From Chiloscyllium plagiosum (Eukaryota), in NCBI RefSeq assembly GCF_004010195.1, contig NC_057711.1, forward strand, positions 73,717,399 through 73,781,398: a stretch of DNA of 64,000 nt, given 5' to 3'. Positions 28,670 through 42,494 of the stretch are shown here, piece after piece. Position 1 is the first letter of the stretch; each line of letters opens with the position of its first letter. Under the pieces are notes generated by a model, which was not told where the DNA came from, did no database searches, and saw only the letters and a program-made list of their open reading frames with translations. The position numbers were made by a program, and so were the translations under genes.

Positions 28670-29160
28670 AGTGAGTTCCCTACTAGCAATTCAAGATTTA
28701 TGAGAATGATTCCAAGGTTAAAGCACATCAGTATGAGGATAGATTTGGAGAAGTTAGAACTGTCTTCCTTGGAAAGGAAAAGGCTAAAATCAGAATTACT
28801 AGAAATGTTCAAAATCGAGAGGAGTCTGGACAAATCTAGATGGGGGAAATTTCTTCCTGCTTGTAACAAGATCCAGAACGAAAGGATATGATTTTACAGT
28901 CGAAAAGATACAACTATGGAATGAGAAAATATCTTTTCACACAATGAATAATGAGGGTTTAACATGCACTTCCTGGGAGTGTGATGTACGCAAGTTAACT
29001 GAGGGATTCAAGACAGCATTGTTTAAATAGAAATAATGTCCACGGTTATGGGAAAAGATAAGGGATTGGAACTAAGTTAAAATGCTCAGAGAGCTTCTGC
29101 AGGCATATCAACTGGAATGGTCTCTTGCAGCACCATAAGCATCCTGTGATCCTGTGAACA
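28670..29160 (+). mobile_element. Old CR1 3' fragment
   Basis: RFMRMIPRLK...LEKLELSSLERKRLK matches the CR1 C-terminus. Confidence 0.75.
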
Positions 29161-31286
29161 TCCATAGTATCATAAAGATATTCTGCTACCCATGTGTATT
29201 TACTAATGCTGAAAAAATGTTTGTCTGGATTATAGAATTGATGACTATTTACAACAATTCAAAACATCATTTTCTACATTGTTGGAGTACTGTATAACTC
29301 AGTGCATCCTGTAGAACACCACATACTCCCCCATTAATTTTAAAAAAAGTTGACACTCTTCTGATCTTGTATATGCTGCTTGTCTAGTTCATTTATTTGA
29401 CAAGAAAATACTGATGCCACAAGCAACAATAAAACGCGTGACCATGAGTATCAAGTTCTCTGAGAGAAAGGAAAATCTAAAACATCTGAAGCACACTCAA
29501 ACAGAATTCAAAAAGAAAAAGCATTTTTAATTAATATCACAGGAGAAAATATTCAAATCAATATGTTTTTGCAATCATTGTTATTTCAAAATGCTTTGTG
29601 GTTTTGCTCATAGCATTAAACTGAATTATACATTCAATCTTGGAAATTTACTCATATTTTCTCATTGGTATATGCCATTATCAATAACATTCTTTAATTG
29701 ACATCTCTGTATAGAGTAATGCATTTAGACCCAAACAACTATCCAAGTAAGCAACAGCTGTTCAAAGTAGAACATTACTTTAGGGCTGAATTGAAGAGTA
29801 GCTTATGATCTAAGTTTAAGACTGTAAAATTGTCAGTGGAATCTTAGGGGCGTTTGTACATCCTGTGGCAGATGAGAAAAAGATGCTAAGTTGTTCTGCA
29901 TGTGTTCTTCCCCTTTTCCGACATGTTTTGATTTTGCTTGTCATGGAGCAGGGCATCTTTGGAATGCCACTATGTGTCTGCGTGCCCAACGGCTTTTAAA
30001 GATAGTACAGAAGCAAGCGATGCCAGTCCTTTGGACTACATCTGCTAAGTAGCAACTATTCTGGGAATGGCATGTGGTAAGATAGGGGCAGAATCTGAAC
30101 TGTCAGATATCATATGGGTGAGGTCAGTAGTCATGCTGGCTGGCTTGGTAAGATACGTCAAGAAACCCCATCAGCCCTTTCACCAGAAATCCCTCCAAAC
30201 ACTTTAACACAATTTTGATTAAATCAAAAGTAAGATTCAGCCCCTTGAGTATCCCTTAGCTTTTCATGGGAACATTCCTTGACTGGCAGTTGTTGTACGC
30301 ACTGTGAATGAGAGGAAATATTCCAGATACTTGGACAGCCTGGACATTGCTATAGGCAATATTATTGAAATTATACTTAATACACTCAAGGAACATTGCT
30401 ATTCCTGTATTTTAATATAGTTTTGGGTAGAAGAATAGGAACCGAGGACCAGGAATGGGCCATTCAGCTGCTTGTTCCTTTTCTGACATTTGATTGCATC
30501 ATGTTGTATAAATGAGCCACACATTAATTAATAGACATTTGCCTATGTCAATTTCTAGTCTTATAAAATGATTAGACATTGTAACACTGTAAATATTGTA
30601 GACACAGCATTGTACAAGCCATGCTAGAGGAGGTGGCTATGAGGAGGTTGTGTAATGGCAATGCCACTAGCTCAGTATTCTAATCCTGAGGCTAAGGTTC
30701 TGAGGTGTGGTACAACTTGAAGTCAATAAACATACGGAATAAAAAGCTAGTCTAATGGCAGTCACTTTTGGTTGGTATAAAATCTCATTAGATTTACTAC
30801 TGTCCTTTAGGGAAGAAATCTCCCGTCTTTATCTGCCATCTTTGCACTACATGTGACTCTAGACCCACAGCAATAAGGTTGACTGTTCACTGGGTGGAGA
30901 TGGACACTAAATGCTGGTCTAGCCAGTAACATCTAGATCTGAAGTACAATTAAAAATATGGTACATGTATATATAATAATTTAAATGCTAGTCTTCTGCA
31001 AGATGACTGACAGTACCATTAGGATTGTAAATGTTGAAAAATGTTATGTATAACAAATTTCTCAAATATGACTCTATGACTGTATGTTTAATTACAGAAA
31101 GAAGACATATAATCAATTATTTAATGATGAACCATCAGCCATTTAATATGAATAGTAATATACAAACCACAATTCATTACCGTTTAAACCATTTAGTAGA
31201 TATAAATTAAATAATTATTATAGTCATTTCTGTTGAATGTTGCACCAAACAACTGTCTTATGGTTTATTTTTACCTCTCAGTAAGT

Positions 31287-32955
31287 TATAGAGTCATAGA
31301 GATGTACAGCACGGAAACAGACCCTTCGGTCCAACTCGCCCATGCTGACCAGATATCCTAACCCAATCTAATCCCACCTTCCAGCAACCAGCCCAAATCC
31401 CTCCAAACACTTCCTATACATATACCCATTCAGATACCTTTTAAATGTTGCAATTGTACCAGCCTCCACCACTTCCTCTGGCAGCCCACTCCACACATAT
31501 ACCACGTTCTGCATGAAAAAGTTGCCCCTTTGGTCTCTTTTATATCTTTCCCCTCTCACCCTAAACCTATGTCCTCTAGTTCTTGGCTCCACCGCCCCAG
31601 GGAAAAGACCTTGTCTATTTACCCTATCCATGCCCCACATGATTTTGTAAACCTCTATGAGGTCACCCCTCAGCCACTGATGCTCCAGGGAAAATACCCC
31701 TAGCCTATTCAATCTCTCCCTATAGCTCAAATCCTCCAACATTGGCAACATTCTTGTAAATCTTTTCTGAACCCTTTCAAGTTTCACAACATCCTTCCGA
31801 TAGGAAGGAGACCAGAATTGCATGCAATATTCCAAAAGTGGCCTAACCAATGTCCTGTACAGCTGCAACATAATCTCCCAAATCTAGTACTCAGTAATCT
31901 GACCAATAAAGGAAAGCATACCAAACACCTTCTTCATTATCCTATCTATCTGCGATTCCACTTTCAAGGAGCTATGAACCTGCACTCCAAGGTCTCTTTG
32001 TTCAGCAACACTCCCTAGGACTTTACCATTAAGTGTACAAGTCCTGCCAAGATTTGCTTTCCCAAAATACAGCACCTCGCATTTATCTAAATTAAACCCC
32101 ATCTGCCATTTCTCAGTCCATAGGCTCATCTGATCAAGATCCCCTTGTAATCTGAGGTAACCTTCTTCACTGTCCACTACGCCTCCAATTTTGGTGTCAT
32201 CTACAAACTTACTAACTATACCTCTTAAGCTCACAGCCAAATCATTTATATAAATAACGAAAAGTAGTGGACCCAACACTGATCCTTGTGTTATTCCACT
32301 GGTCACAGGCCTCCGGTCTGAAAAACAATCCTCCACCACCACCCTCTGTCTTCTACCGTTGAGCCAGTTCTGTCTCAAAATGGCTAGTTCTCCCTGTTTT
32401 CAATGAGATCTAACCTTGCTAACCAGTCTCCCATGGGGAACCTTGTTGAATGCCTTACTGAAGTCCATATACTACTCTTCCCTCATCATTCCTCTTTGTT
32501 ACTTCTTCAAAAAACTCAATCAAGTTTGTGAGACATGATTTCCCACGCACAAAGCCATGTTGACTATCCCTAATCAGCCCTTGCCTTTCCAAATACATGT
32601 ACATCCTGTCCCTCAAGATTCCCTCCAACAACTCTCCCACTACTGACGTCAGGCTAACCGGTCTATAGTTCCCTGGCCTTTCTTAAATCGTGGCATCATG
32701 TTAGCCAACCTCCAGTCTTCCGGCACCTCACCTGTGACTATCAATGATACAAATATCTCAGCAAGAGGCCCAGCAATCACTTCCCTAACTTCTCACAGAT
32801 TTCTAGGGTACACCTGATCAGGTCCTGGGGATTTATCCATTTTTATGCATTTCAAGGCATCCAGCGCTTGCTCCTCTGTGATATAGACATTTTTCAAGAT
32901 GTCACTATCTATTTCCCTACATTCTATATCTTCCATGTCCTTCTTCATGGTAAGC
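31287..32955 (-). mobile_element. CR1 LINE, 5'-truncated
   Basis: ORFs 32455-32640, 31884-32378 and 31368-31871 with RT motifs. Confidence 0.95.
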
Positions 32956-33632
32956 AAAGTTGTATTATATTAAAAAGGACATTCAATAAGTCAATAGTGT
33001 ATCTAGGAGATGAGGCTAGGCTTGGGAAAAGGTTCTGACATTGTCAAATCTGATTTTAGTATGAGATAAAATAAATGGAGGTAAGGAGATTACAGTTTTG
33101 AACCCCGTGTGAAAGAATAAGTGAAAGAAAGAAATTGAATAATAAGTCTCAAATTCAACATGGCCAACACGCCCAGACAATTGAGAAATAGCTATTAATA
33201 CAGCATATTTTAGAAAGAACTGCAAGAATGTGGAGATAAGAGACAAATTGGCTTTTTGACAATAAATTGTGCAGGAATGTGAGAGCACTGCTGCACAAAT
33301 CTTTCCAAATGTTTGGGTATTATCCAAAGTTTGAATGGATCTTGGACATGGAGATTTGATGTTAAGGTGAAGAGAAATATTTAGCATGTAGTCAAATGGC
33401 AGGTGATTGTGAGACTTCCAGGCAGTTATTTTTAGATAGTACTATTAAAGATTTTATCAAATTGACACTTCTTGGATTGAAGTAATGTGACCTGAAGACG
33501 CTGGTTGTCAACTGTTTCTGGTTTGCATAATAATGATGAATGAATGACACTCTGCTGTCCAATTGCACAGAGCTTGGGTTGTTTACTTTGGATGACAGAA
33601 GGTTATGGGGGGGATATGATAAAGGTATATAT

Positions 33633-34068
33633 GAGACCGTAAGACCATAAAACCACAAGGTATAAGAGCAGAAATAGGCCATTCAGCCCATTGAATCTGT
33701 TCTCCATTCAACTGTGTCTAATTCATTTCTCAACCCCATTCTCCTATATTCTCCCTGTAACCCTTGAATCCCTTACTAATCGAGAACCTATCAATCTTTG
33801 TCTTAAATACATTCAATGATTTGGTCTGCACAACCTTCTGTGGCAATGAGTTCAACAGATCCATCACCCTCTCTGGCTGGATGAATTCCTCCTCATCTCA
33901 GGGTAAACCCATCACTCTGAGGCTGTGCCCTCATGTCCTTGACTCTCCTACTAGTGGAAACATCTTCCCTACCTCCATTTTATTCAGGCCGCAATGTCAT
34001 CATACCCTCATCCTTCTAAATTTGATTGAGTACAAACCCAGAGTCCTCAGTTGCTTCTTATATGTCAA
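33633..34068 (-). mobile_element. CR1 3' fragment
   Basis: Reverse-strand CR1 C-terminus and 3' UTR with an AGACCATA-type tail. Confidence 0.7.
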
Positions 34069-34220
34069 ACATGGACAAGGTGAATAGAAAGCAGCAGTTT
34101 GCCTTCGTTAAGGGTCAGTAGCAAGGAGGGTCAGAACCCATCCGGTTCAGAGTTGTGTAATAACATATCTGAGCAGGCTGATTAGGAGACAAAATTTTAT
34201 GCTGACAGGTAAGAGGATTA

Positions 34221-34570
34221 GGGCGGCACAGTGGCTCAGTGGTTGGCACTGCTGCCTCGCAGCACCAGGGACCCGGGTTTGATTCCAGCCTCAGCTGACT
34301 GTCTGTGTGGAGTTTGCACATTCTTCCCGTGTCTGCGTGGGTTTCCTCCAGGTGCTCCGGTTTCCTCCCCCAATCCAAAGATGTGCAGGTTAGGTGAATT
34401 GGCCATGCTAAATTGCTGATTGTGTTATGGGATGTGAAGGTTAGGTGCATTAGTCAGGGGTAAATATAGGATAATAGGGAAGGGGAATGGGTCTCGGAGG
34501 GTTACTCTTTGGAGGGTCACTTTGGACTTGTTGGGCTGAAGGGTCTGTTTCCATACTGTAGGGATTCTAT
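34221..34570 (+). mobile_element. Full-length HE1/V-SINE-type SINE inserted in a CR1 fragment (about 34070-35080)
   Basis: GGGCGGCACAGTGGCTCAGTGG...GGGTTTGATTCC A/B boxes, V core and a CR1-like tail. Confidence 0.88.
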
Positions 34571-34636
34571 GATAAAAAAATTCTGTGAAACAATTTTTCA
34601 CTCAGAGGGTGGTGGGGTCTGGAATGCACTTGGAAT

Positions 34637-34795
34637 CATAATACTGCTACAGTGTGGAAAGGGGCCATTTGGCCCATCAAGTCTGCACTGACCCTATGAA
34701 CTGCACACAGACACAGAGAGAACATGCAAAATCCACACAGACAGTCGCCCAAGGCTGGAATTGAACCCGGGTCCCTGGTGCTGTAAGGCAGCATG
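34637..34795 (-). mobile_element. Internally deleted HE1-type SINE, inverted relative to the 34221 copy
   Basis: AATCCACACAGACAGTCGCCCAAGGCTGGAATTGAACCCGGGTCCCTGG is the reverse complement of the SINE head. Confidence 0.8.
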
Positions 34796-35167
34796 CTGCC
34801 TTTTAAACACCATGCTGCCCTTCCTGGGAGGGTAGTTGAGGTGGGGCACCTCACAACCTTTAAAAATTACTTGGATGTGCACTTGAAATGTTGTAGCATT
34901 CAACACTGTGGACAGGTGCTAGAAGGTGGGACTACTGTAGATTTAATGTCAAATTAATGTAGTTTTGGTGGTACAAACTTCATGGGCTGAAGGCCAATTC
35001 ACCTATACTGTATAATTCTATGGTTCTATGGATCTTCTACACTGTATAATTCTATGGTTCTATGGTTGCATGATTCTATGAAATGGTTCTATTCCGAAGT
35101 ATACTCTTCAACTTAGAACTTCTTGAAAGTATTTAGATCACATTTTAATCTTTTTCTAAATCAACAG

Positions 35168-35293
35168 TGGGAAAGCTAAAATGTTTGAAGTTATTATGGA
35201 AACAATCCAATATGATTTCCCAGCATTTATTGGAAAACTCTTCAGTTACGCATCAAATCCAGGGTTGATTCTTCCTGGAATCTTACTTATGGT
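35168..35293 (+). CDS. TMC2: TMC2-like exon E
   Basis: caacag and gtgagt; 126 bp, phase 2/2. Encodes GKAKMFEVIMETIQYDFPAFIGKLFSYASNPGLILPGILLM(V). Not in the ORF track; found by reading the sequence. Confidence 0.95.
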
Positions 35294-38200
35294 GTGAGTA
35301 TTTTTATTTCACTTCTGTAAAAGAAAATCTTGAACTATACGAGTTGAACACACAAAAATGCTTCAAACGTAAAATCACGGCAGTGGTTATTACAATTACA
35401 ATAAATGCATCATTTATTTTTCCACATTGATCATCTCAATATATCCTCTCTAAGTAAATACAGAACAGAAGCCCTTTAATTGTTGTACTTTATTGGATCC
35501 TGATTGAAACTGGACTGGTAACTCACATTCTGTTGGCATCCCTTTCTGAATGAAATGCAGGTTGACCATGGAGCTCACTGAATTGGCAAGAAGTGGAACA
35601 AACTGTACAGTCAGCTCTGAGTTTCAGCTATTTCAATCATGCACAAACTTGAAATCCAAATTACAATTGTCTAACGGTGAAATGAACTGTGAGAGCATTT
35701 TAGTCAGTCAAATCAACAGGATGTGCCATATTTGGCTGCCTTGCTAAACAGGCAGGTTAATTTTTAGGGATCTTTATATCTTTCTGGGAATCAAATATGT
35801 TGTTCCTCTCAAGCATGTTTCTATAATGAGACTTATGATGAATTTCTTCCTGAACATTATCACAATGCACCCTCATACCAAGCTATGTTACTTGAGGGAA
35901 CATGTTTACTATTAATATATGCATGTAGAGTAGATGTTCAGGTAAAACTCAATTATAACATTAATTCTATCAATAATTAATGAATAACTGTTATATTATA
36001 TCTTTGTTCTATTCAAAATATTATCCTGTCATTGTACTTCATTTTAAATAATCATTTTAAGGTTTACTTTGAAATGCTCAATTCAAAAATAGACCACTAA
36101 TCCTTGTTGGGTCAATTTTCAGGCACTAAAATTATTTTTGTTATTTACTCATGAGATGTGGGCAACACTGGCTAGGCCAGCATTTATTGCCCATCCCTAA
36201 TTGCCCATAAGAAGGTGGTTGTGGTGAGCTGGCTTCTTGAACTGCTGCAATCCATGTCCTGTTGATTGACCCACAGTGCTGTTGGGGAGGAAATTGCAGA
36301 ACTTTGCCTCAGCAATAGTAAAAGAATAGTGATATTTCCAAGTCAATATGGTGAGTGGCTTGGAGCGGATTCAATGATGCTAACACCTTGAATGTCAAGG
36401 GGTTATGGTTAGTTTGTCTCTTATTAGAGATGGCCATTGCTGGGCATTTGTGTAGCACAAGTATTACTTGCAAGTTTTCAGCCCAAGTTGGATATTGTCC
36501 AGGTCTTGCTTCACTTGAACATGGATTGCTTTAGTATCTTAGGAGTCATAAATGATACTGAATATTATGCAATCATCAGCAATATCCCCAATCCTGAAGA
36601 TTCGAAGGTCATTGATAAAAAAACTGAAGATGCTTGGGCCTAGGACACTATCCTGAGGAACTCCCACAGAGATGTCCTGGAGCTGAGATGACTGACCTCC
36701 AACAGCCACAATCATCATCCATTGTGATAGGTATGCCTCCAACTAGTGGAGACTTTCCCCAATTTCTATTGCCTCCAGCTGAGCACTTCAATGCCACATC
36801 TAATAAAAATGTCCTTGATGTCAAAAGCAGTCATTTTGACATCAGCTCTGGAATTCAGGTCCATGTTTGAACCAAGGAATTGAGTGACCCTGGCAGAATA
36901 CAAACTGAATGCCAGTGAGCAGGTTATTGCTGAGCAGATACTGCTTGATAGCATGGCTGATGACACCTTCCATCACTTTACTGATGATCAAGATGATTGA
37001 TTATGTATGAATTTCTAAGCCAGTTACTATAAGCTGCTCCCCAAGGCTCAATGAATTTTCCAATGAGTGTCTGAGTCATGTAGACATGCAGTGCTCTACG
37101 TGTGATTCCAATCCTTTACTGTTAACTGATTCTAATTAAGCTACAATTACCATGAACAAAATTGGAACCTCCCAGTTGATAAAGGAGAGTAAAATGGTTC
37201 TGGGGTCCTGCTTGTGATTGCTAACAAATGATATCTGCTAAAAGTGTCTATGCATCTACAGATATTGGATGAGAACAGGTTTGCACTTGAGTATAATCTG
37301 CAAATATTCTTGGACAAAGCTTAAATAGTTTATAAATAAATGTCAAACTGTCCTTAAGTGTATGATTGTTGATTTCATACTTTATTGCCTTTACAATAAC
37401 TACCCCATAGTACATGTGCGAGGAAGGAAAATGTAAATAAATAACAAATAATTTTCTGCATCACATTAGATATTAATTGGCAGGAAGCTTTTTAACCAAA
37501 GTTACAGACATACATCAGTTGTCTAGGCAATGACTTTATTTGATTTTCCATAGTTAGTTGATTTTGAAGTAATTTGATTGAAATGTCTGAAATTCTGGCT
37601 TCACTAATAAACATAATAATAATAATTATAAACCATGCTTCTATTTAATGGACCATCTTGTGCTGATGCCTCATACTGAAGTCATATCAATTGACCATTC
37701 TTTATGAAAGCCTAGAAAGTTGCAAAGTATTTGTCTGTGGAGCGCATATGAGTTGAGCCCTATTCTACCCGTACCAAATAGCGAAAAGGCATGTATTTTC
37801 CACAAAGGGTCACTGGATAGGTGAGGATCAGGAACAAGTATCCTGACTGATACTTTCAAACCCAGCGCTCTGATTGAAGTGACCTAATGCAGAATTAAAT
37901 TTAAGACATTTTGTCTATATTAATTAGTACAATGTGAAATGATACAGTAAACATGTTTTAGCAGTATTCCAAGAAAGTGGCTCATTACCAAGCTCTCAAA
38001 AGCAATTAGATATGTGCAATAATTGCTGGCCTTGTCAGTGCTGTCCATTTCTTAAAACCAAATATATATCAAAACCTTTGCGGAGCTAAACTTGCCTTTA
38101 TGGTTTATAAAAAAAGACAAAGCATCAAGAAATATTTTCTAACAATGAAATTGTTGCTGGCTTTTTGGTTATTTGTAAAATGTCCATATTGTACTTCCAA

Positions 38201-39122
38201 AAAAGACGTTGCCTGTAATTTTTAACCCTGACCTGTAGTACTGCAATTCCACTTTTATTTCAAAATGCAATGAAATGTTTCAGTTCAGAAGATAAGGACA
38301 CAAATTCACATAAAAAAGATCAAAAGTTAAGGTTAATAGAAAATGAAAGAGAGCTAAAATTCCTCAACCTAGAGTTCTGTGGTTTCAAATTCTGAAGAAG
38401 GGTCACTGGATGTGAAATGTTAACTTTGGTTTCTCTTCACAGATGCTGCCAGATCTGCTGAGTTTCTCCAGCAATTTCTCCAGATTTTGTACTTCTGTGG
38501 CATTCACCAGATGCAGGAAGCCAATGAACATTACATTCTAACATGATTTAGGGATGGAATACTCAGAATCTCTCTAGTTCAGCCACTCTACTGACAAGTG
38601 CCTGATCAGTTCAAAGATGTACGGAATCCATCTGTCTTGACACTCATTAAAATTATGGCTTGTGATTCATTTCCACCCTTCCTAAAGGGGATGGGGTGGG
38701 ATTCAGTCTGGGACACCAAGACTGTATATCGAAGCCTCTTTAGAAAGGTGGGACCTTGGGATGAGCACCTAGTGACACAGTTCCTGCCAACTGCTTTTAA
38801 ATTGGGAGTCTTTCCAAAACCAGACACTCACTGGGGTAAACAATGAAATCACCACAGATGTGATCCTGCCCTGATAGTTAGGATGGTTGGCTGGCATATT
38901 TGTGATCCTTTCAAGAAAAGGTTTATGGAGCTAGATTAACTATGAACAGGGATATTATCACCATTTATATTAATGTTCAATTTGACAAAACAGTCATCAC
39001 TTTAATTATTATTCTGAAAAGGAGTCAGCATTTTGCATGAGTATATATATCTTTAACAGAATGTATTCTACATTATCAATTATTCAGATATCTGACTATG
39101 TTTTAATTCTACTCAATTGCAG

Positions 39123-39201
39123 TTTAGCCATATACTATCTCAATGCCACTTCAAAAACATATGAAACAGCTAATTTGGAGCTAAAAAAGAAGATGCAGAT
39201 G
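39123..39201 (+). CDS. TMC2: TMC2-like exon F (end of TM10)
   Basis: ttgcag and gtatgt; 79 bp, phase 2/0. Encodes LAIYYLNATSKTYETANLELKKKMQM. Confidence 0.95.
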
Positions 39202-39763
39202 GTATGTTCACATTGAGAAATATTCAGCCTGCAATAACATTTACTAAGTAAAAATAGCATGTATGGTTTTCTATATGCATGATTAATGATGTGAGTATAA
39301 AATTAAATGTTGAATCCTGAAATTTTGAAAATCTGGGTACTGGGTCATACTAGCCCTATAGAAACAGGATTGAAGGCTGCAGCCTCACTCTGTGGCTCCC
39401 CTTCAACCACAGCAGGGTTTATATTGATGAGTGAGAAAAGTTTGCTCCCAATTGTTCAAAATGGTGACAACCCGTCTGTCAAGTAGTGTCATGATTTGAT
39501 TTACAACATCTTAATATCATGCATCAGCAAAGATGGACGAAGAAGGAAGCAAATGCTACAACCTTGTGGATCATTCCAACACTTGTATCCAAAGACCTGC
39601 GGGTTGATTGTCATCACATGAAGACCTATAGCAGAAATGTCTGACCTTCACCATCCTTGAATCAAAGTATGATGTTTTGGTCTCCAGTGTTAGATCAGTT
39701 GCACATGAATGTTGATGTCTGGAAATATTTTCTAGTAAGGTGAACAGACTTTATAAGGTGGTG

Positions 39764-39971
39764 GATCAGTGGTGCTGGAAGAGCACAGCAATTCAGGCAG
39801 CATCCGAGGACAGGCAAAATCGACGTTTCGGGCAAAAGCCCTTCCTGATGAAGGGCTTTTGCCCGAAACGTCGATTTTGCCTGTCCTCGGATGCTGCCTG
39901 AATTGCTGTGCTCTTCCAGCACCACTGATCCAGAATCTGGTTTCCAGCATCTGCAGTCATTGTTTTTACCT
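39764..39971. mobile_element. Foldback Penelope-type insertion with a hammerhead core and 15-bp TSD
   Basis: Perfect 83-bp inverted repeat (39762-39844 / 39850-39932). TSD CTTTATAAGGTGGTG at 39749-39763 and 39972-39986. Confidence 0.85.
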
Positions 39972-40149
39972 CTTTATAAGGTGGTGAACAGTCTTATTAA
40001 GAGAATGTTCAGGATTGGTCATGATGAGGGCAGTGGAGAGTTCAATTAATTATTAATAATTTCCAAAGAGCCATATTCATAATCTGATGTTGTTGCACTC
40101 TGCTCTTCCTCCAAACTAACCGTGATTGGACTTTTCATCATCTAATTGT

Positions 40150-40700
40150 GAAACGTCTGCTTGCTGTGCAGGCTTTTGTTATAGTCTCCATTGTAGGACA
40201 ATACTGTGCCATACGTAGCATTTGCCACAATCCAGTAAAACTTTTGAACTGTCCAACAGAAAGCAGCAAACAGTTCAGGTGGCAGAATGATTGGCTTATG
40301 TCAATGGGCTGCTTAATAATGGCACCAGTGGTATCATCAGTCAAGTTATACTTCTGCTTAGCTGTTACATTTCTATTTTGTAGTGTTGCATCTTTGTCTC
40401 CAAGCGAACGGCCTTTGACTTGGTGTGCTGATTGAAAGAGTTTGCTGATGGAAGACTGCAACAATATGTAGGCAGTAAGAAGCAACCAAGAAAACAGGCA
40501 CAATCCTGCAGGATGTAATGGTGGTGATCAGTCACCAGCCTGTCACAATGTTGGATGCAGTCAATCTCAATCTGAAAGTGGGGTAGCTTGCTTTTAGTAA
40601 TTGATCCTATAGCTCTTTCATGCTTGTGTTTGGGAGTTCTGCGATGAATGAAAATGCAGTGATAAAATCACGGCCACCAGTATGTCATACAGGTATGTGT
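40150..40700 (-). mobile_element. Decayed Harbinger (HARBI1-like) DDE transposase fragment
   Basis: LGDKD...KYNLTDDTTGAIIKQPIDISQSFCHL resembles the Harbinger LGDxGY...YN.xH..TR..IE..IG.LK.RFRCL pattern. Confidence 0.55.
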
Positions 40701-42382
40701 CTGCTTTCTTGGTAGTTTCATACTGTCTACAGACTGGAGGACTCCTTCACCACCAAACATTTTCACTCAGCACATCAAGCATTAAAATCAACAGTTTTAA
40801 GTTGTAGCTTCTGTTTTAGCAGCCAAAGGAATGTGGTGTTTAACAGCTCTAATTTGTATCATAATACCACCCACACTCATAACAGGTACTAAAGTAAATG
40901 TTGACATTTTTGGAATAGCTTTTACCAGCATTTGACATAGGACTTCTTCCTGTTTTTTTTTCACACAGAGTGCTATGATCCACATTTCGATTTGATTAAG
41001 TAATAGGCTTGTGCTTATCAGTATTTATCAGAAAGTTTCAAGAACACATCGGAGGGAGTTTTATGCACCCCCTCCATCTCAACCAGCACTTGTGAAGGCA
41101 GTTGGGAATATAAAATAAAGTAGGTGGTCAACCTTCCCCAGCTTTCCACCCAGCCCCTCCAGTACCCAGTATTGTAGGATCGAGTAAGGAATGGGGCAGT
41201 TCACTAAGCTTTTGGCTTATTAAAGCACTTAAGTGGCTCAAGAGCCTCACACTTCTTCACTATGATTTTGTTGGCCTTTTGGGAAAGGCAGAACGAAGGA
41301 AACCAAAGCAGCAGGTTTGATTGAGGAGGCTGCTGTTGCACAGGCTGGAGGCAGGAGCACCATCCCCAAGATCATGCCACTCTCCCCGACCCTTCTTCAG
41401 TTATTATCACCCAAATCCCCTTTCCCATCACTTCACACAGTGTCCTCCAAGCCTGACCCATCCAAAATACTCAGGTTTATCTCATGTCTGGGAGACATTC
41501 TCTTCATTGTATGTAGTGCTTGTAATCCCAGAAGTGTCCGCTGTTTTTTTCTGGAGGTGCTAGGGTTAAAGAGCAACCAGATAGGTCAGGACTTCCTCCC
41601 TGATGTGAACAGAAGTTGCAATTCAATTAGATCAGTTATCAATCAATCAATTCCTCTGAGTAATATTGCTGCAAAATAGCTGGATTTCTGGTTGGTAAAG
41701 TGCCAACCAACTTCTACGTTGGGAGGAGCTGGCTAGTCCATTCCCTTGTAAAATTCACCCCATTATTTTGTAACTCCAAGAATAGAATGTGTTGGTTATC
41801 ACATTGTGCGCGCTATGACAGTAAGATTGCAACAGAGATGCAAAATCTTTTCGATTCACAATAATAGTTATCACAACAGAGCCCAGACTTCTGCTGAACA
41901 GAAAGAGGAATTAGATTCTTTCCTGAAAGAGGTCTTCTTCCATTTATGTCTTCCACAAAGTTTGAGCTACAAGAAATTAGAGCTGATTAGAAGCTGAACT
42001 ACATTTCAGCTTTGTTAAAATTGGTGTGTTAATGCACTTGTGAAATAACTTTTGATATTTGTTTGGAGACTAATTATATAGTTAAACATACAATGAGAGT
42101 TTGGCTGCTTTGTTTACATGTGAAAGGCCATTTGTCTATTAGAGTGCTGTAAAATACCTTTGCATTAAACATGAAAATTATAAGCTAAACTTTGAAGTTA
42201 ATAAGTAAAAGTATTATGTCACATTTTGAACTGAGGTCCAACACAATAACATTGTTCATAGGGAACAATGCAGATCTTTTGTGTTACATTGGAACAGACT
42301 TGCATTTGTGTATATTCTGTATTGTCAGGCTTTACAATAGGGCATTGTGAAATATCATGGAATTCCTTCTCTTTTATAACAG

Positions 42383-42494
42383 TTACGTGACGAACAAAAG
42401 AACAGAAGGAACAATAAGGATACTGTTAATCCTATGTTGCAAGATTTGGAAGATCTTTTACCAAATAACGTAAATGTGAGCAAACCTGAATCAG
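42383..42494 (+). CDS. TMC2: TMC2-like exon G (cytoplasmic C-tail)
   Basis: Pyrimidine tract plus taacag, and gtaagg donor; 112 bp, phase 0/1. Encodes LRDEQKNRRNNKDTVNPMLQDLEDLLPNNVNVSKPES, resembling fish Tmc2 tails as recalled. Confidence 0.88.

Noticed and set aside
39695..39987. Overlapping ORFs with identical N-termini on both strands
   Set aside because: Artefact of the perfect palindrome.
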